Shown: positions 57,889 to 64,000 of the stretch, in pieces
Position numbering within the stretch: position 1 is the stretch's first letter
How the letters are laid out: each line of letters begins with the position of its first letter
From: Verrucomicrobiia bacterium
Lineage (GTDB): Bacteria; Verrucomicrobiota; Verrucomicrobiia; Limisphaerales; UBA11358
Assembly: GCA_036490655.1 (NCBI GenBank)
Contig: DASXDM010000016.1
Location: 83,135-147,134 of the forward strand
Direction of reading: 5' to 3'
Length of the DNA: 64,000 nucleotides
Made by a program: the position numbers and the translations under genes
The notes under the pieces: model-generated
What the model was told of the DNA's origin: nothing
The model's database searches: none
Seen by the model: the letters and a program-made list of their open reading frames with translations, nothing else

Positions 57889-58086
57889 ATGAAAAAGATA
57901 TTGGTCGCTATTACCTGCATGCCGTTGATCCAAGGTTGTGTCGTTCAAAGAATAATGGATTCTCAGGATCGACAACATTATTCGGAATACCTGGAACAAG
58001 TGGATCAAACCAATTTGGAGCGCGAGAAATCCCACCTGCCCGACGAGAAGCCGATGGCGTTCGATGAATGGGATGGTAAAAAATAA
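57889..58086 (+). CDS. Small lipoprotein (65 aa)
   Basis: MKKILVAITCMPLIQGC lipobox. GGAAGGAAG Shine-Dalgarno-like sequence 3-11 nt upstream. Confidence 0.55.
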   Translation: MKKILVAITCMPLIQGCVVQRIMDSQDRQHYSEYLEQVDQTNLEREKSHLPDEKPMAFDEWDGKK

Positions 58087-58093
58087 GGGACAT

Positions 58094-58453
58094 ATGCCAT
58101 CCGATTTCCATTTTGCCACAGCCATGATAGAACTGGTCGAGAAAAGACCCTCTCAGGGACTTCTGGCTCGATGCTATTCCGAAGCCGAAGGAGATGAAGC
58201 TAAGGCAAGGGCAAAATACGTTGCCATGCGAGCCAAGGAAATTGAGGAGCAGGAAGAAGCCGCCATCAAACAGTATGAGCAACAGGTAAAGAGAAAGGAA
58301 TCGGAACGCCAAAAGGTGATTAATTCTTTCAATTTTGAAATGTTCCAAAAAGAATACAAGCGTGAAATACCACTCCGCTATTATGGCCGAAAAGAGCAAC
58401 AGGATATGTTCAAAGAATGGAGAAATCGGAAGCTGAGAGAAATGGAGGCGTAA
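58094..58453 (+). CDS. Hypothetical protein (119 aa), charged coiled-coil C-terminal half
   Basis: ATG at 58094 preceded by AAGGGA. Tight packing with its neighbours. Motif GLLARCYSEAEGDEAKARAKYVAMRAKEI. Confidence 0.45.
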   Translation: MPSDFHFATAMIELVEKRPSQGLLARCYSEAEGDEAKARAKYVAMRAKEIEEQEEAAIKQYEQQVKRKESERQKVINSFNFEMFQKEYKREIPLRYYGRKEQQDMFKEWRNRKLREMEA

Positions 58454-58455
58454 AA

Positions 58456-58791
58456 ATGGAAGAGTCAAAACAGACAGATACCGATCGGATAAAACATCTT
58501 GAGTCTGTGAATAGAGCACTCAATCGAGATATTGAGTGGTTAAAAGGCAAGATTGAAATGGATGATAAGGCAAAAAAAGATGCTAAAAAGAGTGTGGTTA
58601 ACGGGGCATTGGTAATCATCATGATGATTGTTGGCCTTATCGGATGGTCGGCAATCCTTTACTTCTGCATTGCAAATTTTAGCCCATTCCCAGCGGTAAT
58701 GGTTTTGTTCGTATTATCCTGGTTGTGGTCATGGATTTGCTACGTGCCACTTCGGAAAATTGATAATAAACAAAAGGAAAACACAAAATGA
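58456..58791 (+). CDS. Hypothetical membrane protein (111 aa)
   Basis: Coiled-coil N-terminus, then two hydrophobic helices (GALVIIMMIVGLIGWSAILYFCIA; AVMVLFVLSWLWSWICYV). ATGA overlap with the next ORF. Confidence 0.45.
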   Translation: MEESKQTDTDRIKHLESVNRALNRDIEWLKGKIEMDDKAKKDAKKSVVNGALVIIMMIVGLIGWSAILYFCIANFSPFPAVMVLFVLSWLWSWICYVPLRKIDNKQKENTK

Positions 58792-59006
58792 ACAACCTGC
58801 AATGTTACGACGAAATTACCGACCACACAATCCATTCAGTTTACCAAATATGGTCGCATAAACAGTTATCAAATAGTGAGCAGGTTCAGGTGATTGGGAA
58901 GAAATCACTTCACACCATCCTGAGAACTGACATCTTTTATCGAGGTCAACCTGGCTACCAGATTGTGGAAATCATCGCGGGCGACGGCTGGGAGGGCGCG
59001 GAATAA
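58788..59006 (+). CDS. Hypothetical protein (72 aa)
   Basis: ORF coupled by ATGA to the upstream gene. Its 3' end overlaps a convergent 80-aa ORF (58905-59147, minus strand); which of the two is real is unresolved. Confidence 0.3.
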   Translation: MNNLQCYDEITDHTIHSVYQIWSHKQLSNSEQVQVIGKKSLHTILRTDIFYRGQPGYQIVEIIAGDGWEGAE

Positions 59007-59181
59007 ATCGGCGGCAATCATTGCAGCGACATGCTCGGGCATCTTAAATGCCCGAAGCTCATTTATGGATGAGCCGAGGAGCAGTGTATATTCTCCGCCG
59101 TTATTTCTGACGGCGTGCACGTTTGCTTGGGTTTCAGGAACATTCATGGCATTGATTGGTGGTTTTAATTATGTTGTTTCA

Positions 59182-59469
59182 ATGAATCTCAAGAACGGCC
59201 TCTTTTGGTATCGTGATGAGGCGACGTATCTCCGCTTCCGAGAAATTATTGATGACAAGGATCAACTTGTGTCTCCTTACTCTGTTTGGGTTGCAAAGGC
59301 TGAGAAATTTATTGAGGAAAAGGCCGAGCAGGGGACTTTTCTTGTCAAAATCAAAGCTGACCCCGATGAGTTTGTCTCGTGGTGTAATATCAATTCCAGA
59401 AAACCTGACGGGAGAGCCAGGATGCTTTTTGCAATAGAGAAGGCACGCCATATAGGAGGCAATGGATAA
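59182..59469 (+). CDS. Hypothetical protein (95 aa)
   Basis: MNLKNGLFWYRDEATYLRFREIIDDKDQL...DPDEFVSWCNINSRKPDGRARMLFA. Internal ATG of the track ORF 58963-59469. Confidence 0.4.
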   Translation: MNLKNGLFWYRDEATYLRFREIIDDKDQLVSPYSVWVAKAEKFIEEKAEQGTFLVKIKADPDEFVSWCNINSRKPDGRARMLFAIEKARHIGGNG

Positions 59470-59820
59470 TTTGCCTGAAAATGTTACCCCATCCCGTTCA
59501 TCGGAGATTTCAAATATTTTTGCCGCCACAGCACCAATGTGGACGGGCAGTATACTTAAAGGTATGGTGTCCATCTAGATTGGTGCTGGAATTTATCGCT
59601 TGCGTTTCCCACGCCGTGGCTCAGCTTTGGAACGTTAGTCTGATTCCAATACCAATGAAAAATATCGTCCTCGCAATCGGTTGCTGGCTATTGAGCTTGT
59701 TCTTTTTCTATTTCGGAATTATTCACTTCATAAAACTTACACGGACATCCCCTGATGCCACGGTGTAAAATAGGTTTATACAGTACCCCTGCATCCCGGT
59801 ATTATATAGGGTGTTAGACC

Positions 59821-60901
59821 GGCCAAATAAAACTCGCAAGTTGCTTATTTTAAGTTGCTTAGACAGCGAATGTCTAAGGCTAATTGTTAAAATTCAGGCA
59901 TGATTAAGAGTAAAAAACAGTTTGAGTCTCAAAAGGGGCAAAGCTTGCCTAACATGACTGAATACGAAGCCAGAATGCATCTTGAAGGTATTCGGTGGCC
60001 AAATGGGCCAGTTTGTCCTCAATGCAAAAGTTCAAACGTCTATGAAATGCAAGGAATGAGCATCCGTCCTGGTTTACGCCGTTGCCGAGAATGCAAAAAG
60101 CAATTCACTGTAACGGTTGGGACCATTTTTGAAGATTCACACCTGCCTCTGTCTATTTGGATTCAAGCTTTTCACCTGATTTGTGCCAGCAAGAAAGGAA
60201 TTTCATCGTTGCAGCTTCAAAGAAATCTTGGATTAGGATCATACCGGACTGCTTGGTATTTGTCCCATCGCATCCGTTTAGCCATGAAAACAAACCCTAA
60301 AAATTTTACTGGAACTGTTGAGGTGGATGAAACTTACGTGGGAGGAAAGCCTCCGGCTGGCATTAAATCAAAACGCGGTCGTGGAACTTACAAAACTCCG
60401 GTCGTCGTAGTCGTTGAGCGCGATGGTAGAGCTTATTCCAGACCAGTTGACCGCGTTACTTCAGCTAATCTCAGGAATGTCATCAGAGAATGCGCTGCCG
60501 ATGCTTCAGCAATTCACACTGACGAATTTGCAAGTTATCGGAGTTTGAGCAAGCACTTTGCTGCTAAACATGAATTTGTTAATCACGGTGAAGGAGAATA
60601 TTCCAGAAACGGAGTGAACACCAATACAGCTGAAAGTTACTTTGCCCTGCTGAAACGTGGAATCCGTGGAACTTTTCATCATATCAGCAAAAAGCATTTG
60701 CACCGTTACTGCAACGAGTTTGAATTTCGATGGAACAGCCGAAAGCACCTAGATTTAGACAGACGGGATTGGGCATTAAAGCACACCGAAGATAAATTGT
60801 TGAGATTCCGTGAACTGGTTGGAAATTGAGTTCTTAAATAAGTAACGAGGCGTCCTGGCCTTTTATCCTAAGTATGGAACTGTTGAGATTACGATTTGGC
60901 C
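59821..60901 (+). mobile_element. IS1595-family insertion sequence, second and unrelated copy (~1.08 kb)
   Basis: Imperfect terminal repeats GGCCAAATAAAACTCGCAAGTTGC (59821-) versus reverse complement of the right end GGCCAAATCGTAATCTCAACAGTTCC (-60901). No convincing target duplication seen. Confidence 0.5.
59900..60829 (+). CDS. IS1595-family transposase
   Basis: CPQCKSSNVYEM...RRCRECKKQFTVTVGTIFEDSHLPLSIWIQAFHLICASKKGISSLQLQRNLGLGSYRTAWYLSHRIR; VEVDETYVGG; IHTDEFASY. Confidence 0.9.
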   Translation: MIKSKKQFESQKGQSLPNMTEYEARMHLEGIRWPNGPVCPQCKSSNVYEMQGMSIRPGLRRCRECKKQFTVTVGTIFEDSHLPLSIWIQAFHLICASKKGISSLQLQRNLGLGSYRTAWYLSHRIRLAMKTNPKNFTGTVEVDETYVGGKPPAGIKSKRGRGTYKTPVVVVVERDGRAYSRPVDRVTSANLRNVIRECAADASAIHTDEFASYRSLSKHFAAKHEFVNHGEGEYSRNGVNTNTAESYFALLKRGIRGTFHHISKKHLHRYCNEFEFRWNSRKHLDLDRRDWALKHTEDKLLRFRELVGN

Positions 60902-60997
60902 TTTTACAGTCGTCGTTTTCAACAGTTCCGGAATAAATCCTTACGGAGTGGGGGCCGAGCCTCGTTACACAAATTTAGCCCAAGTCCTGCTTTATGT

Positions 60998-61372
60998 CTA
61001 TTTTCCATCTTTTTCTTTGTCCCATCCAATTTTAAATCCAGCCTTATAGCCATTCATCCAATCTTGGCGGTCTCCTGCATTATCAAATTTCATGTCAGCC
61101 GTATCACGACGGCCTTTTGAATCAAATTCTTCATCGGTTGGATAAGAATCTCCTCGATTATAGGCAGCTATTCCATCAACTGCTCCAATCCATGCGCCGG
61201 ACTCAAATACGCTGTTTGTACCAGATTGTGACGTTTGGTCAGATGAATTAGTATTTTGGTTGGATTGAGACGTAGTGCTCTGGTCAGGCAATAACGAACC
61301 AATCAAAATAAGAAGTGTAAAACTGACAATGACTCCAACCACAATTTTAGCCCAAAGAGGCAATTTTTTCAT
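60998..61372 (-). CDS. Hypothetical N-terminally anchored S/T/N-rich protein (124 aa)
   Basis: MKKLPLWAKIVVGVIVSFTLLILIGSLL anchor. ATG at 61372 lies 41 nt downstream of RNA-motif copy 4. The longer track ORF reads through the motif. Confidence 0.5.
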   Translation of the reverse strand: MKKLPLWAKIVVGVIVSFTLLILIGSLLPDQSTTSQSNQNTNSSDQTSQSGTNSVFESGAWIGAVDGIAAYNRGDSYPTDEEFDSKGRRDTADMKFDNAGDRQDWMNGYKAGFKIGWDKEKDGK

Positions 61373-61412
61373 ACATTGAACCCTTTCTGGATGATTAGCG
61401 ATTGGAAGATGA

Positions 61413-61552
61413 CAGGAAAAAGGCGCGAACCTGACGCACCCAGCTAGAGGCACTTGGAAGAGCCCGCCACAAGACACGCCAAGCCGCGCCCAGTGAGGGC
61501 GTGACTCGGACGGGTTTGTGGTATGAAAGTTTCCAAGTTTTCTAGCCACCCG
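61413..61552 (-). ncRNA. Conserved structured-RNA-like motif, copy 4 (most diverged)
   Basis: Minus strand: GGCUAGA/UCUAGCU long-range pair. Terminal hairpin GGUGCG-UCAGGUU-CGCGCC plus UUUUUCC. Shares CUAGAAA, CACGCCC, UUGGCG, CUCUAG and CGCCUUUU blocks with the other copies. Confidence 0.45.
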
Positions 61553-62233
61553 TGACCGACCTACGCTAAATTGTTATGTCGGCCATAACCATCCCAAGAG
61601 GGTGGAAATTGTCAACAAATTTTTGACCCTGAGCGAGAAAGTGAATTTATGAGAACAGTTATCGTATTCGCAGAATTGCCAAAAATGACCGATACAGTCT
61701 CAACCATAACGAGATGGCAAGATTTTTTGAAAAATGCAGAAGGTTCCTACAGGCCAACCGCAGAAAGTGCCCACCCGACCATAAATCTGTGGCAGCTACC
61801 CTTAAATAGTGGATTGCCATTCTTGGCCAAGTTATTTCAGTTCTCGGAACTTTATCAAATTCCCATTCATGCCCTAATCTTGGACGAGCCTCCAGAGTGG
61901 ATAAAATATCCCCCAACCAGTTAAGAATTTTGCTTTCTTTCATGAAGACCAGAACACTTTCCGTCATTCACCCTGACAGACTCTCAGGATGCCAGTATAA
62001 CAAAAGTTTTATGAAGTGAATAATTCCGTTCTATTTTATCCGAAACACCATCCAAATGGGATATGTGCGGTCACGCGGTGGGCTGGTTTTAACGAGAAGC
62101 AAAAACCCATTCCAGTTTTGGGCGGGAGTTGTAGCCTTATTTTTAGGTGCTGCTTTTCTCATTGTGTTCGGATTAATCGTCATTTTCGGAAAGGTTAAAC
62201 TATGAGATTACATCAGCCGCGCTGGAGCCAACA

Positions 62234-62317
62234 TCAGATTGGACTCGCAAGTAACTCCTCAACCGTCCAAACATGGTCTGTGAGTCCTGATGCCATTGCC
62301 GGTAAAGCGCTTGTGGA
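62234..62317 (-). pseudogene. 3'-terminal remnant of an IS1-like transposase gene
   Basis: Minus-strand translation ...PAMASGLTDHVWTVEELLASPI* parallels the C-terminus of the intact copy (...TPAMAAGLTDHVWTVEELLSAR*). DNA CTCAACCGTCCAAACATGGTC..GAGTCCTG..GCCATTGC aligns with 55947-55992. Confidence 0.55.
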
Positions 62318-62349
62318 AATCTTGTAATCAGAACGATGCCAAATTGATT

Positions 62350-62530
62350 TTCTGCCGTCCCTGCGGGACTCAATTTGATTTAAATTCTAACCCCACCGAT
62401 AAATCGGTGGGCTATCGCCTATCGGCCTCCGGCCTTTTGTTAGCGCCTTCGGCGCGACCGACAATAGCCCGCCGTTTCAACGGCGGGTGGCGGTGGCAAT
62501 AGTGACGGAGTCCCGTTAGGGACGGCAGAA
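62350..62530. repeat. 181-bp MITE-like element with 22-nt terminal inverted repeats and three internal hairpins
   Basis: TTCTGCCGTCCCTGCGGGACTC (62350-71) versus reverse complement of 62508-62530 = TTCTGCCGTCCCTAACGGGACTC. Internal hairpins CCACCGAT-AA-ATCGGTGG, GCGCC-TTC-GGCGC and CCGCCG-TTTCAA-CGGCGG. Confidence 0.55.
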
Positions 62531-62611
62531 CGAATTATCGATAGCGTTATCAAACTTTGAGGCTTGCAAGGACTCGCCACATAATTCAGCTTTAAACGCT
62601 AGCATTGGAAA

Positions 62612-62989
62612 ATGGGGATTTTTGTATTCATTTTTATCGCTAATCTTGCCGTCTGTATCGGAGTTTGGTTCTTGACCAAGAAACTGCCGATATGGATGCG
62701 ATTGCTTGTTGTCACATTTCTTCTTGCAGTCGTGATTACGCCTGTCGGCGGAGCCGGCGAGGGAGGTGCTTGGATCATGCCCCTGGGGATCATGCTAACA
62801 TTTTTATTATATAATGTAATCATGGGCGTTGGCGACTACGGCGATCTCCATGCTTTATTTAGGGAAAATTTTGCTCTCGGCCTCTTCTTGGAAATTTGGG
62901 GCATTACCTATCTTCTCTGTATAGTTGTTGTGTTAATTCGCTACTTGATCAAAATAGGCAAAAGACCTAGGACGACAGTGGTGAAATGA
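62612..62989 (+). CDS. Hypothetical membrane protein (125 aa)
   Basis: Four hydrophobic segments. ORF only. Confidence 0.4.
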   Translation: MGIFVFIFIANLAVCIGVWFLTKKLPIWMRLLVVTFLLAVVITPVGGAGEGGAWIMPLGIMLTFLLYNVIMGVGDYGDLHALFRENFALGLFLEIWGITYLLCIVVVLIRYLIKIGKRPRTTVVK

Positions 62990-62996
62990 TACTAAA

Positions 62997-63890
62997 ATGG
63001 AACTACGCCATCTCCGTTACTTCATCGCGGCGGCGGAACAGGAAAATGTTTCGCGCGCGGCGGTGAAACTGCGCGTCTCGCAGCCGGGCGTCAGCCGGCA
63101 GATCCGGGATCTGGAAGAGGAGATCGGGTTCAAACTGTTTGAGCGCAGCGCCAGATCGTTGAAGTTGACCAAAGCGGGTAAAATCTTCCTCACGGAAGCG
63201 CGCGCCGTCCTGCAACGGGCCGATGACGCAGTGAAAACTGCGCGCGCAGCGGCCAACAAACCCGGTGGCGAATTGCATGTGGGCTATGCGCCGTCATTGA
63301 CCGTCCGCATCCTCCCGCAGGCGTTGCGGGTCTTCCAGGAAAAATATCCTGAAGTGCGCGTCTCGCTCCATGATCTGTCCACGGAAGAGATGTTCGCCGG
63401 CGTGCGCGGGGGAAAATTGCAGGTGGCGCTCACCGTGCAGCCCAAGGCCAAATCGCTGCGCGACCTGGATTTCAAACTGCTCGCGCGGTACACCATGAGC
63501 ATCGCGGTCGCGCCGAAGCACCGGCTGGCGAAATTGAAGTCTGTCACCCTGGCGCAATTGCTGGAAGAGCCGCTCATCGGTTACAGCCGCGAAGAATATC
63601 CCGAATACCATGCGCATCTCGCGCGGATCTTCGCCCCGGGACCCATCCCCGAGGTGGTCGAGGAGCATGATGGCATCGCCAGCATCGTGGCCGCGGTGGA
63701 ATCAGGCCGCGGCTTTGCGCTGGTGCCGGATTCTTTCGCCTGCATGGCCGGGCCCCGATTAAGGATCATTCCATTGAACCCCAGGGGTGAGTTGATCCCC
63801 GTCGGGGCGATCTGGAAGAAAAAGGCGGCCACGCCCTTGATCGAGAAATTTGTCGAGGCGGCAGGAGGAGGAGAGTTAAACCGCGAATAG
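62997..63890 (+). CDS. LysR-family transcriptional regulator
   Basis: MELRHLRYFIAAAEQENVSRAAVKLRVSQPGVSRQIRDLEEEIGFKLFER HTH, plus a LysR substrate-binding domain. Confidence 0.9.
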   Translation: MELRHLRYFIAAAEQENVSRAAVKLRVSQPGVSRQIRDLEEEIGFKLFERSARSLKLTKAGKIFLTEARAVLQRADDAVKTARAAANKPGGELHVGYAPSLTVRILPQALRVFQEKYPEVRVSLHDLSTEEMFAGVRGGKLQVALTVQPKAKSLRDLDFKLLARYTMSIAVAPKHRLAKLKSVTLAQLLEEPLIGYSREEYPEYHAHLARIFAPGPIPEVVEEHDGIASIVAAVESGRGFALVPDSFACMAGPRLRIIPLNPRGELIPVGAIWKKKAATPLIEKFVEAAGGGELNRE

Positions 63891-64000
63891 ACGCAAATAA
63901 ACGCGAATTTGGAGAAGAAATGGAAAAAGAAGAGACCTCCAGCCAGATGTCCACTTTTAAGATTGTGTTTCCCCGCAACATGACGCTTTTTGCTTTCCTG

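Larger units (their letters stand above)
55529..59554 (-). mobile_element. 4.0-kb IS1-like transposon with passenger genes
   Basis: Termini TATACTGCCCGTCCACATTGGTGC (55529-55552), also present as an inverted copy at 59531-59554. Perfect over 24-25 nt depending on where the terminus is placed, and extending imperfectly to ~29-30 nt. Flanked by the 8-bp direct repeat CTTAAAGG at 55521-55528 and 59555-59562. Confidence 0.7.

Noticed and set aside
59179-59574. 131-aa minus-strand ORF
   Set aside because: It is an exact mirror of the plus-strand ORF 59182-59469, and it begins inside the transposon's terminal repeat. The plus-strand reading has the more protein-like sequence.
52254-61552. Integron attC sites as an explanation for the four structured motifs next to small cassette-like ORFs
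   Set aside because: The motifs lie 5' of the ORFs, not 3'. They lack the RYYYAAC/GTTRRRY core sites. No integron integrase or attI is present, and the primary sequence is too conserved.
62290-62502. 70-aa ORF (MPLPVKRLWKSC...)
   Set aside because: It is the translation of the MITE-like inverted-repeat element and the adjacent transposase remnant, not a gene.

Overview
64-kb chromosomal window, probably from a Verrucomicrobiota/PVC-type bacterium. That placement is an inference from the AFTLxELLxVI prepilin-like leaders, the giant N/T-rich secreted proteins and the REP-like hairpin repeats. Bases 1-22102 hold a partial RHH antitoxin gene and then six tightly coupled pseudopilin genes: two GspG-like, then H/I/J-like by position, then a 1,422-aa GspK-like giant. 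A 4,271-aa membrane-anchored protein follows; it combines an S8 subtilase, P-domain-like modules, LamG, a C-type lectin, a pectate-lyase-like beta-helix, cadherin-like and FN3-like modules. Bases 22-41 kb are mostly housekeeping: FkbM methyltransferase, uvrA, a TPR protein, an IscA/ErpA-type Fe-S carrier, mgtE, a CusRS-like two-component pair divergent from a TolC/MFP/RND efflux operon, and a TPP riboswitch with thiC. At 40.9-42.5 kb a REP-associated tyrosine transposase (RAYT) is flanked by three copies of a ~195-nt hairpin-rich repeat. Bases 43-55 kb form a redox/electrophile-detox neighbourhood (VOC, FMN reductase, AKR, ArsR+SRPBCC, WrbA-like, DoxX, nitroreductase, pirin). One of its DoxX genes is precisely split by a 2.86-kb IS1595-family transposon carrying passenger genes. 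Bases 55.5-62.6 kb are a low-GC, IS-rich island between pirin and a LysR regulator. It contains a 4.0-kb IS1-like transposon with 25-nt perfect terminal repeats and an 8-bp target duplication, a second IS1595 element, an IS1-like remnant and a 181-bp MITE-like element. The signal I consider most novel is a ~140-150-nt sequence motif present four times, only inside these mobile regions. Each copy ends in a GC hairpin plus U-tract; three of them end 20-41 nt upstream of an unrelated small secreted or membrane-anchored ORF, and the fourth sits in tandem just upstream of one of those three. Compensatory base changes between copies suggest a structured RNA leader or sRNA. No CRISPR array, rRNA or tRNA was recognised. 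All GC statements are by eye, not computed.
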